Part shown: positions 29,821 to 38,411 of the stretch, piece after piece | Numbering within the stretch: position 1 is the stretch's first letter | How the letters are laid out: every line of letters begins with the position of its first letter | DNA from: Candidatus Amesbacteria bacterium GW2011_GWB1_47_19 | GTDB lineage: Bacteria > Patescibacteriota > Microgenomatia > CAZETR01 > Amesbacteraceae | Assembly (NCBI GenBank): GCA_001002325.1 | Contig: LCNZ01000001.1 | Coordinates: 3,773 to 67,772 of the forward strand | Length of the DNA stretch: 64,000 bases | Direction: 5' to 3' | The notes under the pieces: generated by a model | Database searches by the model: none | What the model was told of the DNA's origin: nothing | Seen by the model: the letters and a program-made list of their open reading frames with translations, nothing else | Position numbers and translations under genes: made by a program

Positions 29821-31491
29821 TTAATTCTGGTCGGGGGCGGGAAGGATGAGCGGTTCTTCGGGCTGATTGACGAATAAGCTTTTCCAGTGGGTAATACGTC
29901 TGAAAAGTGATACGAAAGACGATAGTTCTTCGACACGAAAAAGATAGGAGAGAAATAGATAGACAGCCAAACCGGTAAGGGAGGTAGTAAGAGTGAGACC
30001 TATAAGGGGAAGGGTCCGGGTGGTATCGAAAACGAACTTGTCCAGCAAGCGCATGGGAAGCCAGAGGCTGAGACCGGTGGCCAGACCAGTAACAGCCATT
30101 CGGGAAAAAGAACCCATCAGTTTTTTTATTTCCGATACCTCCAATTTTATCCGTCGGAGAAATAGTCCTACTAAAATCATTGTTTCCAAGGCCGCAGTGG
30201 CAGAGATCGCAATTGCAAGTCCGATTACTCCCAGGTTAAAAAACCGGGTGGCGATAAGGGCGACGACTACGTCAAAAATTGCAGCTCCAAGCCCGACATA
30301 AAGCGGAGTACGGGTATCATGGAGGGCATAAAATGCCCGGATAATAAGCTGCATAACCGCAGTGAAGGTGGCCGCAGCCGCCAATATGGCCAAGGTCTTG
30401 CCGGTAGTCAGGGTGGCGGCCCAGGGAAACGAGCGGGCACCGAAGACCAGCCGGACGATGGGGATGCGTAACACAATGAAGAGAATACTGAGCGGGAGGG
30501 CAAAAAATACAGCTTGCTTGAGAGCGTCAGAAAGAGTCCGGTAAAAAGCCCGGGGATCCGAACGGGAAGCCAACCGGGAAAGAGTGGGGAGAGCGGCCTG
30601 ACCTAAAGTAACACCAAAGAGTGTGGAAGGGATGGTGTACAGCAAGCGGGCAACATTGAGAAGAGTGAGAGAGCCTGAGGCCATCAGCGAAGCTAAAAAA
30701 ACGGCGGCAAACATTTCTATCTGATCTATCCCCAATGCAAGAGCCCGGGGAGGCATTAGCCGCAAGGTTTCCCTGACACCCGGATGGCGGTAGTCAAGAA
30801 TTGCCCGGGGGCGAAAACCTAGCCGGATAGCTACCGGGATCTGAAGGCTCATGTGCAGAAAAGAGCCAAAAACTACTCCGACTGCCGGACCGAAAATGCC
30901 CATCACGGGAGACAGGATAATTGTACCCAGGATTATGCCCAAGTTGTACGCTATGGGAGCCAAAGCGGGGATAAGAAAACGTTGGTGGGAATGGATGATG
31001 GCCGTCATAAAACTGGAAACGGCAAAAAAGAGCTGGGCGGTGAGCATAACCCGGAGTAAAGAGGCCATGACCGAAACCTGGTGCGGGTTGAAGCCGGGGG
31101 CGATCAGACGAGAAAAGAACGGGGCAAAAGTGAAAATTACCAGGGATAATACAATAAACACCAGTAGTATGAGATTTAATGAAGCACTGGCGATATACCA
31201 AGCCTGGGATTCATCACGGGAAAGATAGCGGGTGAAAACAGGGATGAAGGCCGCAGACAGAGAACCGATTACCAGCAGTTGAAAAAGAGTATCCGGAATA
31301 ACAAAAGCGGCATAATACACATCCAGGCTGCCGGCTTTGGATCCGAAAAAATAGCTGATCAAAAGACGGGTTTTGAAAAGTCCCATTACCTGGGAGACGG
31401 CATAGGTGACCATAATGACAAAGGCAGCGGAGAGAATGTCGGTCTGACGGCGCAGAAACAGAAGCCGGCCGTTTTTGAGAAGTTCCCGCAT
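29821..31491 (-). CDS. murJ: Lipid II flippase MurJ (MviN)
   Basis: There are about 14 TM helices, and the N-terminus LGLFKTRLLISYFFGSKAGSLDVYYAAFVIPD is the MurJ signature region. Confidence 0.85.
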   Translation of the reverse strand: MRELLKNGRLLFLRRQTDILSAAFVIMVTYAVSQVMGLFKTRLLISYFFGSKAGSLDVYYAAFVIPDTLFQLLVIGSLSAAFIPVFTRYLSRDESQAWYIASASLNLILLVFIVLSLVIFTFAPFFSRLIAPGFNPHQVSVMASLLRVMLTAQLFFAVSSFMTAIIHSHQRFLIPALAPIAYNLGIILGTIILSPVMGIFGPAVGVVFGSFLHMSLQIPVAIRLGFRPRAILDYRHPGVRETLRLMPPRALALGIDQIEMFAAVFLASLMASGSLTLLNVARLLYTIPSTLFGVTLGQAALPTLSRLASRSDPRAFYRTLSDALKQAVFFALPLSILFIVLRIPIVRLVFGARSFPWAATLTTGKTLAILAAAATFTAVMQLIIRAFYALHDTRTPLYVGLGAAIFDVVVALIATRFFNLGVIGLAIAISATAALETMILVGLFLRRIKLEVSEIKKLMGSFSRMAVTGLATGLSLWLPMRLLDKFVFDTTRTLPLIGLTLTTSLTGLAVYLFLSYLFRVEELSSFVSLFRRITHWKSLFVNQPEEPLILPAPDQN

Positions 31492-31539
31492 GTGTGCTAT
31501 TATATGGCCGCCGTTTAGTTTACTGTAGAGGTAAAAGAT

Positions 31540-31779
31540 ATGCCGGTTACATCAGGAGCACTGAGGACATTGAAAGCAGACAGACGCAGAGCTGTCGTAA
31601 ACATAAAGGTCAGGGACCGTCTCAAGGAGGCGGTAGCTGCAATGCGTAAAAAGCCTACACCCGGGAGCCTGGTGAAAGTGTTCAGGGCTGTGGACCGGGC
31701 GGTTAAAGGAAAAGTGATACATAAGAATAAAGCTGCCAGGATCAAATCCCGGCTGGCATTGCTGGTGAAGAAAAAGTAG
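31540..31779 (+). CDS. rpsT: 30S ribosomal protein S20
   Basis: RTLKADRRRAVVNIKVRDRLKEAV...KGKVIHKNKAARIKSRLALLVKK matches S20. Confidence 0.85.
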   Translation: MPVTSGALRTLKADRRRAVVNIKVRDRLKEAVAAMRKKPTPGSLVKVFRAVDRAVKGKVIHKNKAARIKSRLALLVKKK

Positions 31780-31782
31780 AGT

Positions 31783-31791
31783 TGGTATACT
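31783..31791 (+). promoter_or_regulatory. Extended -10 (TGgTATACT) 6 nt before the pilN-like ATG (leaderless start)
   Basis: The sequence reads gttggtatactaatgacATG. Confidence 0.3.
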
Positions 31792-31797
31792 AATGAC

Positions 31798-32331
31798 ATG
31801 CCTGCCCGGGCCAGGACAATAAACCTACTTCCACTTTCGGGTCTGGAAACTTCCTTTTGGGGAAAGTTGCTGAAGTGGGCAATAACTTCCGGCCGCTACA
31901 TTATTATCGTGACCGAACTGGTGGTCATTTTGGCTTTTTTATCGAGATTTAAACTGGACTCGGACCTGGTAAACCTGAATGAAGAAATTAATGGCAAGGT
32001 AAATATTCTTAACGGGTATGCTCCGCTGGAGCAGGAATTTATACAACGGCAGGCCAGACTGGAAGCGCTGGATAAATTATTGGCCGGCAGATATTCGCCC
32101 CGGGACAAAATGGATAAGCTGGCAGAAAAAGTGCCGCCGGAGCTGAAGCTGGCAATTCTGGATATGGACCAGGAGAAAATAACAAGCGAGGCCAATTCCC
32201 TGGGAGAGCAGGCGCTGGGAACTTTTATTACAGGTTTGGGTAAAGATCCCACCTGGAAAAGTATCGAGCTGACTCAGGTATCCGAAGAGCCACTGAAAGG
32301 AATTAAATTCTCACTGGTAATTAAGGAATAA
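31798..32331 (+). CDS. Type IV pilus assembly protein PilN-like
   Basis: An N-terminal INLLPL motif is followed by a single TM (IIIVTELVVILAFL) and a coiled-coil. It is 177 aa. Confidence 0.55.
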   Translation: MPARARTINLLPLSGLETSFWGKLLKWAITSGRYIIIVTELVVILAFLSRFKLDSDLVNLNEEINGKVNILNGYAPLEQEFIQRQARLEALDKLLAGRYSPRDKMDKLAEKVPPELKLAILDMDQEKITSEANSLGEQALGTFITGLGKDPTWKSIELTQVSEEPLKGIKFSLVIKE

Positions 32332-32332
32332 G

Positions 32333-32974
32333 ATGGCGCTGCAATACAAAAATAGTCTGACCAGGTACAGAAGATACCTGCAAACCACACGGAGCCAGCC
32401 GGCAATGCAGGCCAGTTTGTGGCTGATTTTATCTTTGATACTGGTGATCGGCCTGTTAGTCATGGCATTGAAACCGACTCTGATAACCATATCCGGTCTG
32501 ATGGGACAGATTGACCAACGACGACAGCTGGCGGTGCAGCTGGATGAAAAAATCCGGACAGTCAAAAAAGCTCTGAGTCTGTTGGATGAAGTGCGTCCCC
32601 AATTTGAATTGATGGATGAGGGGTTACCGACTGTCTCCGATTGGGAAATACTGGCTCTGGCACTGGAGGGAACCGCCATACAAACCGGAGTGAATTTAAC
32701 CTCCGTATCTTTTGACCCTATCACCCTGTCAGGCGAGAGGTATACATCAACCGCGAAAAAGATCCGGGTTATTCCCGAGGGAATGGAAGATGTAGGATTT
32801 TCCGTGACGGGAACGGGGGAGTATACCCAGATCCGGAACTGGCTGATTAGCCTGGAGAATCAGCGGCGGGTAGTGGCTATCAGAAGAGTCAAAATATCCA
32901 AGGAAGAAACAGGAGAGTTAACTGTGACTGTTGACGGTGCTGTGGCGTATCAGTCAGCCGAAAAGCCGTTATGA
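32333..32974 (+). CDS. Type IV pilus assembly protein PilO-like
   Basis: It has a single N-terminal TM (LWLILSLILVIGLLVMAL) and a coiled-coil, and it follows PilN. Confidence 0.45.
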   Translation: MALQYKNSLTRYRRYLQTTRSQPAMQASLWLILSLILVIGLLVMALKPTLITISGLMGQIDQRRQLAVQLDEKIRTVKKALSLLDEVRPQFELMDEGLPTVSDWEILALALEGTAIQTGVNLTSVSFDPITLSGERYTSTAKKIRVIPEGMEDVGFSVTGTGEYTQIRNWLISLENQRRVVAIRRVKISKEETGELTVTVDGAVAYQSAEKPL

Positions 32975-33171
32975 AAAAGAAGGGTTGGGACAGGGATGTT
33001 GTGATAGTATTAATCACGACGCTGGTCACGCTGGCGTGCTGGGTGGGTTTTGAGGTTTACCGGGCTTATTTAAAAACGGACCTTCCCCAGGGGGTAGAAA
33101 AACATCTGAAAACACTGGACCCGCAATTAAAAACCGGGGTATTAGATAGGTTAAGGCAGATGAACAGATGA
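32971..33171 (+). CDS. Small membrane protein (66 aa), hypothetical
   Basis: One TM (VVIVLITTLVTLACWV) is present. It is translationally coupled between the pilO-like and surface protein genes. Confidence 0.3.
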   Translation: MKKKGWDRDVVIVLITTLVTLACWVGFEVYRAYLKTDLPQGVEKHLKTLDPQLKTGVLDRLRQMNR

Positions 33172-34544
33172 AAAAACCGGAAGTAACCATCCCAACAATT
33201 ATCGGTTTACTGATTGCGGTGGGAGGGCTGGTGGCAGGTTTGTGGCTGATCAGAGGCCAACTAAAACAAAGCGGCAAAGCTGCGGCTGATGAAGTGCCGG
33301 AAGAAGTCAAAATCACCAACATAAACGATACCAGCTTTACAGTTTCCTGGGTCACAGGTAAAGCGGTGTCGGGATATGTGAGGTATACAGAAACCGGCGG
33401 AGAACCGGAAACCGTGATGTCAGATGAAAGAGACTTGCAGAGAGGGTCTGTAGAAAATTACTTTACCCATTTTGTAACAGTGCGGGGTTTGAAACCGGAA
33501 ACGGTGTATGACTTTGAGGTGGGTTCGGGGAAAAATCTGTACGATCAAGAAGGAGAACTGTACCAGACAGAAACAGCACCTTCCCTGGCAATGGCACCCG
33601 ACGCCGATGTGGCTTACGGGAAAGCGTCCACCGCTAATGGTGATCCGGCCGAAGGTACTATTGTGTATTATCAGCTGCCAAACTGTGTGCTCCAGGCGGG
33701 ATTGGTAAAGTCCAGCGGATCCTGGGTGGTGCCGGTATCTACCGCCAGAGCGGAAGATCTGTCCGGGTATGCAGAGTATGATCCGATACAAACAAGAATC
33801 CGGATAGAGTTTCAGGGGGGACCGATGGGGACGGCAGCAGTAGACGCGGTGACGAGGAACGACAGCCCGGTCGGGGATGTGGTGCTGGGAAACAGCTATG
33901 CCTTTTTGACACCGGGAAACAAACCGAGTCCAACCCCCACTGCAGTGCCTGAGCCAGTGGAGCCTGCTCCCGGCGGGTTGCTTATTTCAGCCCCAAAATC
34001 CGGAGAAAAAATTAATTCCTTCCGACCGGAGATTATCGGAAAGGCACCACCGGGAACCGAAATTACGGTGGAAATTCACTCTGACGCGGTAGTGAGTGGG
34101 ATTTCGGTGGCGGATAATGAGGGGAATTATTCCTTTAGCGTACCGACTGATCTGGCCCCGGGAGAACACACTGTGACTGTCAGTGCCGTAGTAGACGGAG
34201 TAGTGCAGAAAGTAAGTAAAGGTTTTGTAGTTTACGCCGCCGGGGAAAGCTTTTTACCGGCATTTTCAGCGACACCTTCGGCTACGACCGTGCCCAGTCC
34301 CCTGCCGAGTGTGAGGATCAGCCCCTCAGTAACCCCACGGGTATCCCCCACTATAAAACCGACAGCCGGCGCGACGACAGTGCCAACGATTAAGCCAACT
34401 ATCTGGCCAACGCCGACAGCCACTGATTCAGGTCTGCCGGAATCCGGAAGTGCTTCCGGAACCTGGATAATCTTGCTTGCGGGACTGGCCTTAATGTTGT
34501 TTGGGGTTTTCGGATTCAGGAAAAGTGCTATAAAATCCGAGTAA
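33168..34544 (+). CDS. Cell-surface protein with FN3-like and bacterial Ig-like domains and a C-terminal sortase-type sorting signal (LPESG + TM + RKS)
   Basis: It has an N-terminal signal/anchor. ITNINDTSFTVSWVT...GLKPETVYDFEV is FN3-like. A Pro/Thr-rich linker follows. The C-terminus is GLPESGSASGTWIILLAGLALMLFGVFGFRKSAIKSE. Confidence 0.55.
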   Translation: MKKPEVTIPTIIGLLIAVGGLVAGLWLIRGQLKQSGKAAADEVPEEVKITNINDTSFTVSWVTGKAVSGYVRYTETGGEPETVMSDERDLQRGSVENYFTHFVTVRGLKPETVYDFEVGSGKNLYDQEGELYQTETAPSLAMAPDADVAYGKASTANGDPAEGTIVYYQLPNCVLQAGLVKSSGSWVVPVSTARAEDLSGYAEYDPIQTRIRIEFQGGPMGTAAVDAVTRNDSPVGDVVLGNSYAFLTPGNKPSPTPTAVPEPVEPAPGGLLISAPKSGEKINSFRPEIIGKAPPGTEITVEIHSDAVVSGISVADNEGNYSFSVPTDLAPGEHTVTVSAVVDGVVQKVSKGFVVYAAGESFLPAFSATPSATTVPSPLPSVRISPSVTPRVSPTIKPTAGATTVPTIKPTIWPTPTATDSGLPESGSASGTWIILLAGLALMLFGVFGFRKSAIKSE

Positions 34545-35101
34545 TGGCAAAGACAGTCAGGGTGGGGTTGGATTTTGACGGAGTGGTGGCGTATAATCCG
34601 GCGAGACTTTTCAGAGCTTATGTAAAATGGTTTAAAAGACGGGTTTTGGGTATAACTCGCCTGACTTTCATGGTACCGACCAATCCGGTGATAAAGTTTC
34701 TGTGGATCCTGGCTCATGAATCCAGCTTGTTTCCAGCCAAGGGGGCGGGGATGCTGAAACAATTATCCGGCCGGAACGATGTGGAGCTGCATCTGATTAC
34801 CGGAAGATATGTAATACTGGAAAACAATCTGAGGCGGTGGTTGGTAAAGTACAAAATGGAAAATCTATTCAAAACGGTGAACATTAACCGGGAATGCGAA
34901 CAACCGCATCTGTTTAAAAGGAGAATAATAGAGAAGTTGAAACTGGATTATTTTGTGGAAGACAACCTGGATATCGTGCAATATCTTAATGGTAAAACAA
35001 AAACCAGGATAATGTGGATTTACAATATCACCGACCGGAAAAAGAATTATGCGGACAAATTTCCCTACTTAGAAAAAGCGTTGCAGAACATTAAGGTGTG
35101 A
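34544..35101 (+). CDS. HAD-superfamily hydrolase (5'(3')-deoxyribonucleotidase-like)
   Basis: VGLDFDGVVAYNP fits HAD motif I, and a C-terminal DN..D is present. Confidence 0.45.
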   Translation: MAKTVRVGLDFDGVVAYNPARLFRAYVKWFKRRVLGITRLTFMVPTNPVIKFLWILAHESSLFPAKGAGMLKQLSGRNDVELHLITGRYVILENNLRRWLVKYKMENLFKTVNINRECEQPHLFKRRIIEKLKLDYFVEDNLDIVQYLNGKTKTRIMWIYNITDRKKNYADKFPYLEKALQNIKV

Positions 35102-36225
35102 GAGTTGTTTCCTGTCTGACATACTACCGGCCATATATATCAGGATTGGCGGTTTACGGACAAAGGCTGGCGGAGGGTCTGGCTAGGAAAGGGGCGGAGT
35201 CAGAAGTACTATGTTTTATGCACCGATCGGATCTGAAAACGGAAGAAGAATCCGGAGGAGTAAAAATTGTCAGGGCCAAGCCATGGTTCAAGATCAGCAA
35301 AGGGTTTATCTCACCCGACTGGGTGCGGAAGATGATCAAGGCGGTATCCCGGGCAGACACAGTAGTAGTACACTGGCCGGGGCCGGAAGGAGTGTCAGCA
35401 GTGTTGTGGGCAAGAATCCTGGGAAAGAAGGTAATAAGTATCTACCACTGCCAGGTGCAATTGCCTGACGGAATAGTGCGGAAACGGCTGGAGAGATTAT
35501 TGAATATTTCCGAGAGAATGGGCTTGGGCCTGAGCCAAACGGTGGTAAATTCGTCGCAAGACTATGCTATAAATTCTCCGGTATTGGCGGGAATGATGGC
35601 AAAAATAAAATATATTTATCCGCCGGTGGAAATCCCGGGGGAAAACAAGGCGGTCAGAAACCGGATACATAAGATGCTGGGAAGGCATCGGCCGGTGATA
35701 GGATTTGCAGGCAGGCTGGCTGCAGAAAAAGGGGTGGAGTATTTGTTGGAAGCGATTGCCTATCTTAAGACGGAGCTAAAAGATATCCGGGTGGTCATAT
35801 GCGGTCCGCAAGAAACCGCGGGTGAGAGTGAATACCGCCGTAAAATTGCATCTCTGGTAAGAAATCTCCGGAAGGAAGTGGTGTTTATAGGCCAGATACC
35901 GGACGGATGTATGGGGTCTTTTTATAAATTTCTGGATGTACTGGTTTTACCTTCCGTAAATTCCACCGAAGCTTTTGGGATGGTGCAGGCTGAAGCCATG
36001 ATGAGCGGAGTACCGGTAGTGACTTCGGACTTGCCGGGGGTAAGAGTGCCGGTCACAAAGACAGGAATGGGCAGATTGGCCAAACCTGGGGATGCGGGGG
36101 AGTTGGCGCGGGCGATTTCAGAGATATTACGCAACAGGAAGAAATATGTAAGAACACAGAAGGCACTTGAGGAATTCGATATGAATAAAAGCATGGATGC
36201 TTTCGCGGAAATTGCCGAGTTATGA
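35098..36225 (+). CDS. Glycosyltransferase family 4 (GT-B fold)
   Basis: The C-terminal Glycos_transf_1 signature is EAFGMVQAEAMMSGVPVVTSDLPG. Confidence 0.85.
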   Translation: MRVVSCLTYYRPYISGLAVYGQRLAEGLARKGAESEVLCFMHRSDLKTEEESGGVKIVRAKPWFKISKGFISPDWVRKMIKAVSRADTVVVHWPGPEGVSAVLWARILGKKVISIYHCQVQLPDGIVRKRLERLLNISERMGLGLSQTVVNSSQDYAINSPVLAGMMAKIKYIYPPVEIPGENKAVRNRIHKMLGRHRPVIGFAGRLAAEKGVEYLLEAIAYLKTELKDIRVVICGPQETAGESEYRRKIASLVRNLRKEVVFIGQIPDGCMGSFYKFLDVLVLPSVNSTEAFGMVQAEAMMSGVPVVTSDLPGVRVPVTKTGMGRLAKPGDAGELARAISEILRNRKKYVRTQKALEEFDMNKSMDAFAEIAEL

Positions 36226-37730
36226 AACGCGACCGGCAGATACTGGCAGCAATACTGGGCGTTTACGCCGCCCTGACTATTTACGGCCTGGGCGGTTTAC
36301 CCGGCGAGTGGTACGGGGATATATCCAATGTCCATGAGTATGTGAAGGAAATTCTGGAAGGTAAATGGCCGTGGTATTTTTTACAAAGTGCCGGACCGGT
36401 GTACCATTACGCGATTGCGGGATTGATCGGAGTTATCGGCCAAAAACATCTGCAGTATAAACTGGCGTCGGCAGCTGTGGGAGGCGGAGTGGTGATAGCC
36501 GCATTTTTATTGGCCAGAAAACTGGCCGGGCCGGGGGTCGCCAGAATAACAGCGTTTATTACCGGTGTTTCATTTTGGACCCTGGTGTGGGCAAGGACCG
36601 GCAATTCCCAAATAATTATCCCGATACTGTCAGCAATAGCGATTTACTCGGCTGAAAAGTTCAGCAAGAAACCCCAAGCGCAGAATTTACTTCCGGGAAT
36701 TGTGGGCGTCAGCGCAGGCATGTTTACATACCCGCAATGTTTTGTGTTTCCCATCATTTTTTCGGGGTGGCTTTTGAGCAGGGGAAAAGTCAAGGGTATG
36801 GTTATCGGCTCTTTGGGACTGATTCCGGCTTTGGTTATTTGGGGACAGGTTGTTGTCAGGGATGCGAATAATTTTACCAGTGGATATGTCGGTCAAAAAA
36901 TTCCCAAGACTGAGGATTGGAAAAACCCCGAGACCTATTTGAAACTGACTAGGAACTTTTTCAAAACCGCGGGGATGTTGCATTTTAAAGGGGAAGTAAG
37001 TTTCCGGGTTAATGTACCGGATTCACCCCACTTGGACATCCTGAGCGGCTGGATGTTTGTTTTAGGGATTATTTACTGGTGGAAAAAAGACAGGAGGATG
37101 CTTTTGCGAATCGGGGCAGCCATGATGGTTCTGGCTTTACCGTCGATGTCACCGGCAATTCCCCAGGCGGAGATTCCCAACGGGGGGAGAGCAATCGGAA
37201 TTATTCCCCTGGTGTATTTGATAACTGCCAGCGGAATAATGATGGTTTACGAAAGGATGAAAAAGTCTGGACAGGTAGCGGCAACGATAGTTTTGGTGGT
37301 TATCCTGGGAGCGATAACAGGGTTAAATGTGTTTAAGTATTTCGGAAAATATACGCGGGGACTGCCAAATCACAATGTGCCATTCGGAAAAATAATCGCG
37401 GAAAGGATCGATCGTTATTCTGTAACAACCAAGGTTTTTATGGCTTCATGTTGCTGGGGTGAGTGGGGGCAACCTGAACCAAAAGCGATATATTACAGTC
37501 TAAAACACCAGGCCGGGAGAGAAGATTTAATAATGGCGGGAAATTTTGTCAAAGACTGTAAGGCGGTTTTCAGTACCCGGCCGGCGGTGGTATTTTTTGA
37601 TCCCAGAGAAACAGATCAGATAAAGGATTTTGAGATATGTCTATTGCATGCAAAGCGGGAGGAATATGTGGAAAACGGAGAAAAGGCCTATGTATCATTG
37701 TTTATCGGCGCGGATGATCAATCGAAATGA
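36222..37730 (+). CDS. Polytopic membrane protein, GT-C-like putative glycosyltransferase
   Basis: It has about 11 TM helices and an N-terminal periplasmic-loop region, and it is operonic with the GT4 gene. Confidence 0.4.
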   Translation: MKRDRQILAAILGVYAALTIYGLGGLPGEWYGDISNVHEYVKEILEGKWPWYFLQSAGPVYHYAIAGLIGVIGQKHLQYKLASAAVGGGVVIAAFLLARKLAGPGVARITAFITGVSFWTLVWARTGNSQIIIPILSAIAIYSAEKFSKKPQAQNLLPGIVGVSAGMFTYPQCFVFPIIFSGWLLSRGKVKGMVIGSLGLIPALVIWGQVVVRDANNFTSGYVGQKIPKTEDWKNPETYLKLTRNFFKTAGMLHFKGEVSFRVNVPDSPHLDILSGWMFVLGIIYWWKKDRRMLLRIGAAMMVLALPSMSPAIPQAEIPNGGRAIGIIPLVYLITASGIMMVYERMKKSGQVAATIVLVVILGAITGLNVFKYFGKYTRGLPNHNVPFGKIIAERIDRYSVTTKVFMASCCWGEWGQPEPKAIYYSLKHQAGREDLIMAGNFVKDCKAVFSTRPAVVFFDPRETDQIKDFEICLLHAKREEYVENGEKAYVSLFIGADDQSK

Positions 37731-38411
37731 GAAAGGGGCAAGATACGGGAAACGGGATACTCCCAAGGCATTTGAGCGACATGCGGCGGGCAAGGAGGAC
37801 AACAGTCTGGTCGGAAACAGTCCATGGCCGGAGATATTTACCCGAGAGAAACCGGCTTTTAAAAATTGAGTTTTCAGGTTAGATGGAGTGCATTGCAAAA
37901 TACCTTTTTCCACCGCCCAGGGAATACGGTTGGCCAGATAGTGAGCGTACCAGAGAGGATAAAAAGCATTAGGTTCGGAAAAAGCGATCGTGCCACCGGG
38001 ACGGAGAGCGGAAAATACCCGGGGAAGCAGCAGCCGGATGTCAACATGATGAAGAATGTCCGCTCCCACTACCGCATCGGCCACGGGTGAAGCAGGCAGT
38101 CGGGACATTAAAGCAAGCTTACCCCAGCCGGGCTGACGATGGCGGAAATAAAAAGTTTTCAAGTCCGCCAGAGAGACCGGAGAGACATCCACTCCAATAA
38201 CATCAAAACCCAAGGCCAGAAAATACAGGGCGACCCGACCGGAACCGCAGCCGAAGTCGATGATGCGGACACCGGGACGCAGATGTAAAGTCCGTTCGAG
38301 ATGCACTAATTCCAGCTTTTGGGCAAGGGGTGGGGAAAGCAGGAATGCTGCGGAATATCGGTGCGGAGCATAATCAAAGTACTGACGCTGAAGACGGGGG
38401 TCAGAGCGCAT
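37695..38411 (-). CDS. Class I SAM-dependent methyltransferase
   Basis: VIDFGCGSGRVALYF is motif I, and LRPGGTIAF is a post-I motif. Confidence 0.75.
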   Translation of the reverse strand: MRSDPRLQRQYFDYAPHRYSAAFLLSPPLAQKLELVHLERTLHLRPGVRIIDFGCGSGRVALYFLALGFDVIGVDVSPVSLADLKTFYFRHRQPGWGKLALMSRLPASPVADAVVGADILHHVDIRLLLPRVFSALRPGGTIAFSEPNAFYPLWYAHYLANRIPWAVEKGILQCTPSNLKTQFLKAGFSRVNISGHGLFPTRLLSSLPAACRSNALGVSRFPYLAPFSFRLIIRADKQ

